DNA from: Candidatus Saccharimonadota bacterium | Lineage (GTDB): Bacteria > Patescibacteriota > Saccharimonadia > Saccharimonadales > SZUA-47 | NCBI GenBank assembly: GCA_016700315.1 | Contig: CP065013.1 | Span: forward strand, 513,449 to 577,448 | Length of the DNA: 64,000 nucleotides | Reading direction: 5' to 3' | Shown: positions 26,617-35,222 of the stretch, piece after piece | How positions within the stretch are numbered: the stretch's first letter is position 1 | How the letters are laid out: every line of letters begins with the position of its first letter | Notes under the pieces: generated by a model | Told to the model about the DNA's origin: nothing | Databases searched by the model: none | What the model saw: only the letters and a program-made list of their open reading frames with translations | Position numbers and translations under genes: made by a program

Positions 26617-26691
26617 TGGTAGCGGGGGCAGGACTTGAACCTGCGACCTCATGGTTATGAGCCATGCGAGCTGCCACTGCTCCACCCCGCG
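26617..26691 (-). tRNA. tRNA-Met (CAT), initiator-like
   Basis: CGCGGGGTGGAGCAGTGGCAGCTCGCATGGCTCATAACCATGAGGTCGCAGGTTCAAGTCCTGCCCCCGCTACCA. It closely resembles E. coli tRNA-fMet and has an unpaired C1 x T72 position. Confidence 0.9.
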
Positions 26692-26906
26692 ATAACTTGT
26701 GAAGCTTATTTGTTTGCTAGAGTATTATGATAACAAATCGGATAAGTATTGTCAATCAAGAGGTTTTATGCTAATATTATAGTAATTGTTTTAAATGATC
26801 CCATTGTTTAGGTAAGTCTTTTATCCAAAATAGTTACTTGCGGCTCATTCTGGCAATCTGATTCTTATAGATTGAGTCAGCATAGTAACCAAAATTAAGG
26901 ATATAA

Positions 26907-28115
26907 ATGTCATATGCATACCGCTCCAAAAGAGCAGGGGCCTCGCGTAGTCGTAGGCCAAACTTTCCACGCAACAACCAACGTAAATCCGGCCCACGTT
27001 TTGGTCAATACATCGACCCAAGCCGTTTCGTAGCCACTGCAGTAGTCAAAGAAGAAGAAAAGTACGTACCAACCAACACTTTTACAGACTTTGCGCTTGA
27101 TGCCGTCCTGCAGCGTAATCTAAGCGCCAAAGGCTACCAGTTGCCATCGCCGATCCAGGATCAGGCCATACCTATTAGTCTTGCTGGCAAAGACGTCATT
27201 GGTTTAGCTGGAACGGGTACGGGCAAAACAGCTGCATTCGCGCTTCCGGTCTTACAGGCGCTTATTACTAGCCAACATGCCAAGGCAATCATAATCGCAC
27301 CAACTCGTGAACTGGCCCAACAAATTGACGAAGAAATGCGCGATCTAGGTCGAGGGGTACCCATGAATTCTGTTCTGATCATTGGTGGCACCGGCATTGG
27401 CCAACAGCTTGGTAAATTGCGCAGTAATCCGCGAGTGGTTATTGGCACCCCGGGTCGTATCAAAGACCATATGCGACGAGGCAGCCTCAGACTGGCCAAC
27501 TTTAACCTCGTTGTCCTAGACGAAGTCGATCGTATGCTCGACATGGGCTTTATTAACGATGTTCAGAGTATCCTAGAAGAAACCGCCGCCCAAAAACAGT
27601 CGTTCTTTTTCTCAGCGACGATGGATGCTAAGGTCCAAAGCTTAATTGAGAAATTTGGCAACGAGCCAGTTTCTGTTTCGATCAAAGCCAGCTCAGCTAG
27701 CGAAAACGTCCATCAGGATGTTGTCCATTATTCGGGTACGAGTGAAAAAATGGAAAGCTTGCACGATCTGCTTATCAGCGGCAAAGTAAGTAAAGCCATT
27801 GTTTTTGACGAAACTCAGCGCAACGTCGAAAAGTTGCACAAAGAACTGTTGGCAAGAGGCTTCAAAACAGAGTCTATCCACGGCGGCAAAACCCAAGGCC
27901 AACGCAAAAGGGCGCTTGCTAGCTTCAAGGAAAACAAAGTAAATATACTTATTGCTACCGATGTAGCAGCTCGCGGCATCGACGTGGCTGACATTAGCCA
28001 TGTGATTAATTATTCAGTACCAAAAGTTTATGAAGACTACATCCACCGAATAGGTCGAGCTGGTCGAGCCGGCAAAGTAGGGCATGCGCTTACTTTCGTA
28101 AAAAAGGAGGGCTAA
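26907..28115 (+). CDS. DEAD-box ATP-dependent RNA helicase
   Basis: AGTGTGKTAAF, PTRELA, DEVD (motif II variant), SAT and HRIGRAGRAG. Confidence 0.9.
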   Translation: MSYAYRSKRAGASRSRRPNFPRNNQRKSGPRFGQYIDPSRFVATAVVKEEEKYVPTNTFTDFALDAVLQRNLSAKGYQLPSPIQDQAIPISLAGKDVIGLAGTGTGKTAAFALPVLQALITSQHAKAIIIAPTRELAQQIDEEMRDLGRGVPMNSVLIIGGTGIGQQLGKLRSNPRVVIGTPGRIKDHMRRGSLRLANFNLVVLDEVDRMLDMGFINDVQSILEETAAQKQSFFFSATMDAKVQSLIEKFGNEPVSVSIKASSASENVHQDVVHYSGTSEKMESLHDLLISGKVSKAIVFDETQRNVEKLHKELLARGFKTESIHGGKTQGQRKRALASFKENKVNILIATDVAARGIDVADISHVINYSVPKVYEDYIHRIGRAGRAGKVGHALTFVKKEG

Positions 28116-28364
28116 ATGTCTGGCCACAAAAAACGTATTAACTTTTATGAGAGTGAAGAGGGCATCGAAGCCAAAAAACTTCTTGAGGCGATGGCCGAAA
28201 ATGTCAGTTACAACACCGAGTCCAGTTTTAGCGCCAACACCAACCTTTACCCTGACCACGAGATGTCATTTGTTGCTAAGCACATGGCCTATCTACAGCT
28301 CCACCCTGGCACTGACCCGAAGCAGTACATCTCTAACTTGCGTCTTATGACCAAAAAGCGCTAA
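28116..28364 (+). CDS. Hypothetical protein (82 aa)
   Basis: Starts directly after the helicase stop (TAAATG). No family recognised. Confidence 0.5.
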   Translation: MSGHKKRINFYESEEGIEAKKLLEAMAENVSYNTESSFSANTNLYPDHEMSFVAKHMAYLQLHPGTDPKQYISNLRLMTKKR

Positions 28365-28365
28365 G

Positions 28366-29358
28366 TTATTCAGATTTTTTTTCGGGCTGGGGTATGTAAA
28401 AGCTAGCAGTGATACTCATTAGTAGCACGCTTAAGATAAAGGTTAAGCTAACGACAGTAGGGATGTGAATCCCCAGCCAGTTCATGCCAAAGACCTTGTC
28501 GGCGCTGATAAGCATTTTTATCCCTACACCCACCAGAATAATGCCTAAGCCCCGATTGAGTAACCAGAATTTTTCCTTCATGCCATGAAAAACGAAGTAT
28601 AGCGCCCGGAGGCCTAAGATTGCTGCCGCATTGCTGGCAAATACAATGAACGGATCACGGGCGACAGCCAATATAGCTGGGACGGAGTCAATCGCAAAGA
28701 GTATGTCTGTTATCTCAATTGCACAGAGTGCCAAGAAAAGTATAGTGGCGTGTCTTATGCCTTTTTCGCGTACAAAAAAGTGATGCCCGTCCATCGAGTG
28801 GCTGACAGGGAAAGCCTTTTTGACGAAATGGATCAGGCGGCTAGTCTTGGGGTTGAACTCGTCACTGCCACCACGGAAAATCTTGTAGCCAGTCCAGAGA
28901 AGTAAAAGACCCAATAGCACCAGCGCTATCTCAAACCTGTCTAGTATGGCAACACCAGCAAAAATAAAGATTGCTCTAAACGCAAGCGCCCCGAAGATAC
29001 CCCAGAACAGAACGCGGTGTTGATACTTTGCAGGTACACGGAAATAACTCAAAATAATAGACCAAACAAAAACGTTATCGATACTCAGAGATTTCTCAAT
29101 AGCAAAGCCGCTAAAATACTCGGCGCTGGCGGCAGCTCCGTAAGCCCACCACATTACAAAACCCAAACCTACGCCTAAACTAACCCAGATTATGGTTTGC
29201 ACCACTGATTCTCGCATTGACGGGGCGTGATCTTTGCGGTGAACTATTAGATCAATCAGCAGCAAAAAGGCAAACCAACTGATCAAAAGCGCCCAGTGCC
29301 AACCAGGAATCTGTAGCCTTACGGCTTCTTGGGTGGCTGAGCTAACTGCTACAAACAT
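28366..29358 (-). CDS. TerC family integral membrane protein
   Basis: 330 aa, multi-TM. LSIDNVFVW and EITDILFAIDSVPAILAV are TerC hallmarks. Confidence 0.8.
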   Translation of the reverse strand: MFVAVSSATQEAVRLQIPGWHWALLISWFAFLLLIDLIVHRKDHAPSMRESVVQTIIWVSLGVGLGFVMWWAYGAAASAEYFSGFAIEKSLSIDNVFVWSIILSYFRVPAKYQHRVLFWGIFGALAFRAIFIFAGVAILDRFEIALVLLGLLLLWTGYKIFRGGSDEFNPKTSRLIHFVKKAFPVSHSMDGHHFFVREKGIRHATILFLALCAIEITDILFAIDSVPAILAVARDPFIVFASNAAAILGLRALYFVFHGMKEKFWLLNRGLGIILVGVGIKMLISADKVFGMNWLGIHIPTVVSLTFILSVLLMSITASFYIPQPEKKSE

Positions 29359-29412
29359 AACTTAATTGTATCTGTAATAACGCAAGTCTACAAAAGAAAT
29401 TTGAAAATACAG

Positions 29413-29440
29413 TTGACAAAAAAGCATAAGCGTGTATAAT
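29413..29440 (+). promoter_or_regulatory. Near-consensus sigma70-type promoter
   Basis: TTGACA (29413-29418), a 16-nt spacer, then TATAAT (29435-29440). It points away from terC into an A-rich region without a long ORF. Confidence 0.6.
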
Positions 29441-29693
29441 ACATAGTGTTGCAGATAAAACAAAACGTGCAGCAAAACAAAATCAACAAATTAGTAAAAA
29501 TCTTAAAACAGATTACTAACTGTTGCATTTGTTGCAACAAAATTTATTTGCGTAAGCGCTTTGCAAAGCCTTAAAATGTAAGTACAAACTTACAAAAACA
29601 AAAATTTAAAAACAATCTGATATTTGTTCGTGCAAGTACAGATGCTTCAGATAAGACCTTAAAAATCTTGTCTAAAAAGAAAGGAAAACAAAA

Positions 29694-29759
29694 GTGAGCT
29701 ACGAAAAATCTAACTCAACCAGTTTTATGGTCAAAGTTTTTGACAAACTGTTTAAGTAG
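29694..29759 (+). CDS. Possible 21-aa micro-ORF (MSYEKSNSTSFMVKVFDKLFK)
   Basis: GTG start with AAAGGAAAA upstream. It lies between the strong promoter and the terminator. Very speculative. Confidence 0.2.
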   Translation: MSYEKSNSTSFMVKVFDKLFK

Positions 29760-29781
29760 ATAACTACTGAAGAACAGTAGG

Positions 29782-29803
29782 CCGCGGGATTAACCCTCCG
29801 CGG
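29782..29803. terminator. Bidirectional GC stem-loop
   Basis: CCGCGG-N10-CCGCGG, located between the plus-strand orphan unit and the stop of the minus-strand ORF at 29807. Confidence 0.5.
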
Positions 29804-29806
29804 TCT

Positions 29807-30454
29807 TTAACTTTCAAGTTGGCTTAGGACCAGTTCGTCATGGCATTCGACAAACATTGCAATCACTGTCTCAAGGCCATGATTTACGCCATCGGCGTAT
29901 ATGTCGCAATGTTCTTCAGAGTTACCATCTAGTCTTGCAGTCTGTATTTCTTTTTCTAGCAATCCGTATAGATAAATTGCATCATCTAAGTAGGTTTGTG
30001 CATAGCGTCTCGGAAGGTCAGCGCTGGTTTCGATTTCTTTAGTTGAAAGGTCAACTATGGCATTGCCATGAATAACTTTGCCAAAACGCTGGCGCTCACG
30101 TTTCGTTTTGTGTGGTAGTCGTGGTGCGATGTTGTCAACGAACGCTTCCGGTTCGATGAAGTCAGAATCGCAAAACTTTAGAGTTAAGATACCGCCTAAA
30201 GCCAAGCATGCTCCACCCAAAAACCCTCGAGCAAACACTAAGGCAAGTTCCTCAGAGGCAAAATCGTAGGTATTAACGCAGTAATTTGCTCTTCGACGAA
30301 AGAACATATCTATGTCTGGTCGAGCCCTTAAAGCAAGTTCGCACATAACAACTGGGTCGGACGAAATGTCGCCCGCATCCAGTTCGAGTAAAAGTCTCTT
30401 CTGAAAAGTATCATCTAAAAAGGGTAAAGATGGAAATTCGAAGTGACGAGCCAT
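29807..30454 (-). CDS. Hypothetical protein (215 aa)
   Basis: Clean ORF. No family recognised. Confidence 0.55.
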   Translation of the reverse strand: MARHFEFPSLPFLDDTFQKRLLLELDAGDISSDPVVMCELALRARPDIDMFFRRRANYCVNTYDFASEELALVFARGFLGGACLALGGILTLKFCDSDFIEPEAFVDNIAPRLPHKTKRERQRFGKVIHGNAIVDLSTKEIETSADLPRRYAQTYLDDAIYLYGLLEKEIQTARLDGNSEEHCDIYADGVNHGLETVIAMFVECHDELVLSQLES

Positions 30455-30615
30455 AGAGCATTTATAGCATTATCTTGATTTTATACCATGAGAATTTTGA
30501 GTTAGGGGACTATGAATTTAAATTGTTTTCTGCTATATTTACATCTGTTATATTGGCTAAACAAACTGTACTTTTGGCGAAAGTCATTTGTATAGAATTG
30601 TCACCATATTATAGC

Positions 30616-30692
30616 GGCAGGGTAGCTCAGTTGGTTAGAGCACAGGACTCATAAGCCTGGGGTCACGAGTTCAAATCTCGTCCCTGCTACCA
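30616..30692 (+). tRNA. tRNA with CAT anticodon (Met or Ile2)
   Basis: GGCAGGG-TA-GCTCAGTTGGTTAGAGC-A-CAGGA-CTCATAA-GCCTG-GGGTC-ACGAG-TTCAAAT-CTCGT-CCCTGCT-ACCA, followed by a terminator hairpin (CTCACCA-ACAG-TGGTGAG plus T-run). Confidence 0.85.
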
Positions 30693-30763
30693 AATAAAGA
30701 CCTCACCAACAGTGGTGAGATTTTTATTTGGTACGATATAAGTATAAAGCCCAAAAGCTTTAT

Positions 30764-31741
30764 TTAGCGGTGACTGTCGGATTCGTCTTCTATCTCGTGC
30801 CCCAATATTTCTTCTATGAGATCTTCGATAGTAACAATGCCGATAAACTTGTCGTCTTTCTCGACGGCCATAAGGTGAGTTTTGGCAGCAATAAACTTAC
30901 GAAACAGTGTATCAAGTGCTGTTTGACTGCCAACGACAGGTAACTTTATCAGTGGCAATTCGGCAACACTGTAGGCTCGTTCGTCGAAATCAATGTCTAC
31001 CAAACTTTTCATTAGTAACAGACCATGGCTTTCAGTCTTGGCCTTGTTAAAAACAGGGATACGGCTATAGTTATTGTCTTTGATTTCTTCGATTTTTGTG
31101 CGATCTATCAAAGTCTCAGGGGTAAGAAAGAATGTATCTTTAATCGGTGTACAGATTCGGATGACTTTCTTCTCGCTTAACTCTAATGCGCCTTTGATTA
31201 TTTCTACTTCGTCATCATCGAGCTCTGAGTGCTTGCTTTCCTCATGCTCGCCGATTATTAGACCTAGCTCCTCTCGGGTGTGAAGGTGCGCTCGATGTCG
31301 TCCAAACATTTTATCTAGTAGGAGTTGCAATGGCTTGGAAATAGGGTAGGTTAACAAGATTAAGATTTTGGTAAATGGCGCAAAAAAAGCTGTGATTGTC
31401 AGAGAATGTTTGATGAACAATGCTTGTGGCAGAATTTCTCCAAACGTAACCAGCAAAAGCGTACTGACGATACCGGCTACCCAGCCACCTAGCTTATCGC
31501 CTAGTACTAAAGAAGTCGCTGCGGCCATACCAACATTACCAAGTAAGATAGCAGCTAGGCTCAAGTGACTGTTACGTCTTAGTGGTAGAACTGCCTTAGC
31601 TTGCAAATTTCCAGAACGAGCCTTGCGTTTTAGGTCGCTCAAGTCCAAAGACATCAACGAAAGATTTAGCCCTGAACAAATGGCAGAAGTTAAAATCAGT
31701 GCAGCGGCCAAAAGACTAGTCTGTAAAATCTCCAAAATCAA
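30764..31741 (-). CDS. CNNM/CorC-type transporter (DUF21 TM domain plus CBS pair)
   Basis: Four N-terminal TM helices followed by CBS-like segments (...GIVTIEDLIEEILGHEIEDE). Confidence 0.75.
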   Translation of the reverse strand: MILEILQTSLLAAALILTSAICSGLNLSLMSLDLSDLKRKARSGNLQAKAVLPLRRNSHLSLAAILLGNVGMAAATSLVLGDKLGGWVAGIVSTLLLVTFGEILPQALFIKHSLTITAFFAPFTKILILLTYPISKPLQLLLDKMFGRHRAHLHTREELGLIIGEHEESKHSELDDDEVEIIKGALELSEKKVIRICTPIKDTFFLTPETLIDRTKIEEIKDNNYSRIPVFNKAKTESHGLLLMKSLVDIDFDERAYSVAELPLIKLPVVGSQTALDTLFRKFIAAKTHLMAVEKDDKFIGIVTIEDLIEEILGHEIEDESDSHR

Positions 31742-32349
31742 GCCCTGCCTTCGTTAAAGTATGAATCATTACTATCGATAACTTTTCTGAAGACTTTCCA
31801 GAGTTTTTCAATTTCGGGGCTAGCGCCAACCTTGCTATCTTTGGCGTGTAGTACTTCTGATTTTGTGAAGTTACGCTTCTTCCAGGTTTTGCCATTACTT
31901 AAAAGATTTAGGATCATTGGCATTATCTTGTCTAGGGCATAAACAAAACGACTCTCAGGATCTTGGCGCTTTTCGTAAATTTCGATTAGTCCGGTCATGT
32001 CGGCAAAATCAGCCCAGTCGTCTTTTAGTTTTTGTAAGGCTTCCTCTTCACGCGCTTGTTTGGCGGCCTGTTCAGCCTCACTGCGGCCAATGGCTTGGAC
32101 GTCGCCAGCATGGATTTCTACAAGGTCATGAACCAGCGCGTATTTAACAAGCAAGTTCGTATCTAGCTCTGGGTATTTTGAGCCCAAGAACCAGGCCGCC
32201 ATAGCCAAACTAAATGAGTGTTCAGCATTGTTCTCGAGTCTATCTTGGCGCTTTGAATCGGGGAAGTATATCAGCCTGTCCATCTGAGTAAAATCAAACA
32301 GAAACTTTTGAAAATCCATTAGCCTCTTAGCAGATTCCTCGTATTTCAC
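31738..32349 (-). CDS. HD-domain phosphohydrolase (YfbR-like)
   Basis: ENNAEHSF...LVHDLVEIHAGD. Confidence 0.7.
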   Translation of the reverse strand: MKYEESAKRLMDFQKFLFDFTQMDRLIYFPDSKRQDRLENNAEHSFSLAMAAWFLGSKYPELDTNLLVKYALVHDLVEIHAGDVQAIGRSEAEQAAKQAREEEALQKLKDDWADFADMTGLIEIYEKRQDPESRFVYALDKIMPMILNLLSNGKTWKKRNFTKSEVLHAKDSKVGASPEIEKLWKVFRKVIDSNDSYFNEGRA

Positions 32350-32363
32350 GTTACTATTATGAC

Positions 32364-33254
32364 ATGAACCTGCAGGTTGTTCTGAATAAATGCGCTTACA
32401 TAGTTGCTGTCAGCGGAGGAGTAGACTCGGTTAGTCTGTTGCATCTACTGAATTCTAGCAACCATTCGAAAGGAGCAAAGCTAATTGTGGCGCATGTCGA
32501 CCACAATATCCGCCAAAGTTCAGAAAGCGATGCCAAATTTGTCAAGAGACTAGCCGAACACTATGGATTGATATTTGAGAAGACCAAACTGTCTGGCAAG
32601 TATCATGATGAGGCAAGCCTAAGGAGGCTGCGCTATGAGTTTTTAGAGAGGCTTGCTCTAAAATATGATGCCGAAATAGTTACTGCCCATCACCAGGATG
32701 ATGTGCTAGAGACGGCAATTCTCAATCTGTTACGCGGGACAGGAGTAGCTGGACTAGCTTCGCTTCGCAGTGACCAGCGAGTAATTCGGCCGCTACTTGG
32801 GTATAGCAAAAAGCAGATTATAGATTATGCACTACAAAATAATCTAAAGTGGCGAGAAGACCCAACTAACCTAGATACTGAATACCTGCGTAATTACGTC
32901 CGGCTCAAATTGATGCCGAAACTGACCGAAAAGCGCCGAGAACTATTGAGTCTGATTGCCAACTCAGCAGTTTTGTCAGATCAGATCGATGAAATAATGA
33001 CAGAGTGCTGTGGCTTCATCTTTGATGATACAGGGGCAATAATCCGCAGCCGAACAGCTTGGTTTACTTATGCTCAACTGAATTATATAATGCGTCACAT
33101 TCTGCTGAGGTGCGGTGTTGCCGAACCTGATCGAAAGATGATCGAGCGCAGCGTAATTGCCATAAAAACACTACCAGCGGGCAAGAAAATTAATTTGGAT
33201 GGAAGCCACTGGTTGGTCAGTAAGACAGCAAGCCTACAAATTATCTCTAGCTAA
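32364..33254 (+). CDS. tilS: tRNA(Ile)-lysidine synthase
   Basis: PP-loop VAVSGGVDS and HVDHNIR. Confidence 0.85.
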   Translation: MNLQVVLNKCAYIVAVSGGVDSVSLLHLLNSSNHSKGAKLIVAHVDHNIRQSSESDAKFVKRLAEHYGLIFEKTKLSGKYHDEASLRRLRYEFLERLALKYDAEIVTAHHQDDVLETAILNLLRGTGVAGLASLRSDQRVIRPLLGYSKKQIIDYALQNNLKWREDPTNLDTEYLRNYVRLKLMPKLTEKRRELLSLIANSAVLSDQIDEIMTECCGFIFDDTGAIIRSRTAWFTYAQLNYIMRHILLRCGVAEPDRKMIERSVIAIKTLPAGKKINLDGSHWLVSKTASLQIISS

Positions 33255-33287
33255 GTGCGAGGGTTAATCTGTATAATCAAAACTTAT

Positions 33288-35156
33288 ATGGATAAAAAGA
33301 AGAAACTTCCCGCCGGCAAACAGCCAAATCGACGGGTCAAAACTACTATTTTCGTTTTACTTATGGTGCTTCTTGGCTGGGCATATTTAGGCAGTAGCGA
33401 TCTGCAGGACAAAAAGCTTCAAACTGTCGGTATATCCGAAGTTATCGAACGAGCTAATAAGGGCGAAATTGGCAAAATCGAAGTAGATGGCAGCAAGCTA
33501 TTTATCTACAACAAATCGGACGATAAGACCCCAGCACAGCAATCTACTATGTTCGAGGGTTCTAGTTTGTATGAGCAGGGACTAAAACAGGACAGCAAAA
33601 CTGTAGTCACTGTTAAGCCGCAAAATAATGCTAGTAGTACATGGATAAATATCGCCAGTGCAGTCTTGCCAGCGGTATTTTTGATGCTGTTTCTGGTCTG
33701 GATGATGCGTAATGCACAAGGCCAAGGCAATCAGGCCATGAGTTTCGGCCGCAGTAGTGCCAGACTTTACGGCAGTGAAAAAGAAAAAGTTACTTTTAAG
33801 GATATTGCAGGCAGCGACGAGGCCAAACAAGACCTCGAAGAAGTCGTTGAGTTTTTGAAAACTCCTAAGAAGTTTGAAGGCCTAGGAGCACGTATTCCCA
33901 AGGGCGTTCTGTTGGTTGGGCCTCCCGGAACCGGTAAAACCATGCTTGCTCGAGCCGTTGCTGGCGAGGCCGGCGCACCTTTCTTTAGTATTTCTGGATC
34001 TGAATTTGTCGAGATGTTTGTAGGTGTTGGTGCTAGCCGAGTTCGAGATCTTTTCGCCAAAGCCAAGAAAAACTCACCTTGCATCATTTTTATTGATGAA
34101 ATAGATGCAGTAGGTCGGCGTCGGGGATCCGGTATGGGTGGTGGTCATGATGAGCGCGAACAAACGCTAAACCAGATTCTGGTTGAGATGGATGGCTTCG
34201 AACAGGGACAAAACGTCATAGTTTTGGCTGCAACTAACCGGGCCGATGTGCTAGACCCAGCTTTGTTACGACCAGGACGTTTCGATCGCCGGGTCAACAT
34301 CGGTCTGCCTGATCGCAAAGACCGTGAGGCGATTTTGAAAGTACATTTTGCCAAAAAACCACTCGAGAAAAATGTTGACCTTGACGCTCTGGCCGCAAAG
34401 TCAGCTGGCAGCTCAGGTGCGGATCTAGCCAATATTGCCAATGAAGCAGCTATCTTTGCTGCTCGGCACGACCGCAAGACAATCACCCAAGATGATGTTA
34501 CTGCGGCCTTTGAAAAAGTTGCCATCGGGCCAGAGCGCAAGAGCAAAATCATGAGCGAAAAAGAGAAAGTCATGACCGCTTACCACGAGGCGGGCCATGC
34601 CGTGGTTGGCCATGTCTTGCCCGACAGTGACATGGTTCATAAAGTTACTATCATTTCGCGCGGCAATACCGGTGGAGTAACTTGGTTTATTCCGCCTGAA
34701 GACAAGAGCTACCATTCGATCGTTGAATACAAAGACATTTTGGCTCGTATGCTCGGTGGTCGTATCGCCGAAGAGCTAATTTACGGCGGCGATCACGTCA
34801 CAACTGGTGCCGGCAGCGACCTGCAAAAGGCAGCTGAACTAGCGCGCGAAATGGTCGTCTCTCAAGGAATGGGCAAGAAGCTGCGTAATCAAGTTTTTCA
34901 TGTTGATGATGCAATGGTATTCGACAAGATGATGCATGAGCGGCAATACTCTGACGAAACTGCTAAACTGATTGATGACGAAGTCGAGGCTCTCATAACA
35001 GAGGCGGCAGACCGTGCCATGCAGGTACTCAAAGCAAACCGCAAGAGTCTAGAAGCACTAAAAAATGAACTCTTGTCTAAAGAAACAATTGAAGCTGAAG
35101 AAGTTGAGAAAATCTTAAAAACTACGTCACTACCAGCTAGCGCCAAACTTTACTAA
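33288..35156 (+). CDS. ftsH: ATP-dependent zinc metalloprotease FtsH
   Basis: [16 protein letters not shown], the SRH region, and the HEAGHA zinc site. The ATG at 33288 is preferred over the alternative start at 33255. Confidence 0.95.
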   Translation: MDKKKKLPAGKQPNRRVKTTIFVLLMVLLGWAYLGSSDLQDKKLQTVGISEVIERANKGEIGKIEVDGSKLFIYNKSDDKTPAQQSTMFEGSSLYEQGLKQDSKTVVTVKPQNNASSTWINIASAVLPAVFLMLFLVWMMRNAQGQGNQAMSFGRSSARLYGSEKEKVTFKDIAGSDEAKQDLEEVVEFLKTPKKFEGLGARIPKGVLLVGPPGTGKTMLARAVAGEAGAPFFSISGSEFVEMFVGVGASRVRDLFAKAKKNSPCIIFIDEIDAVGRRRGSGMGGGHDEREQTLNQILVEMDGFEQGQNVIVLAATNRADVLDPALLRPGRFDRRVNIGLPDRKDREAILKVHFAKKPLEKNVDLDALAAKSAGSSGADLANIANEAAIFAARHDRKTITQDDVTAAFEKVAIGPERKSKIMSEKEKVMTAYHEAGHAVVGHVLPDSDMVHKVTIISRGNTGGVTWFIPPEDKSYHSIVEYKDILARMLGGRIAEELIYGGDHVTTGAGSDLQKAAELAREMVVSQGMGKKLRNQVFHVDDAMVFDKMMHERQYSDETAKLIDDEVEALITEAADRAMQVLKANRKSLEALKNELLSKETIEAEEVEKILKTTSLPASAKLY

Positions 35157-35222
35157 TTTTTGTAAAAAACTAATCGACAAATTGATTGTTGATTAGACTC
35201 ATCTCCTTTAAACTAGAGTAAG

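Noticed and set aside
29359-29560. yybP-ykoY (Mn2+) riboswitch expected upstream of terC.
   Set aside because: The minus-strand leader is A/T-rich and lacks the conserved GGGGAGTAG-type core and paired helices that I would expect.
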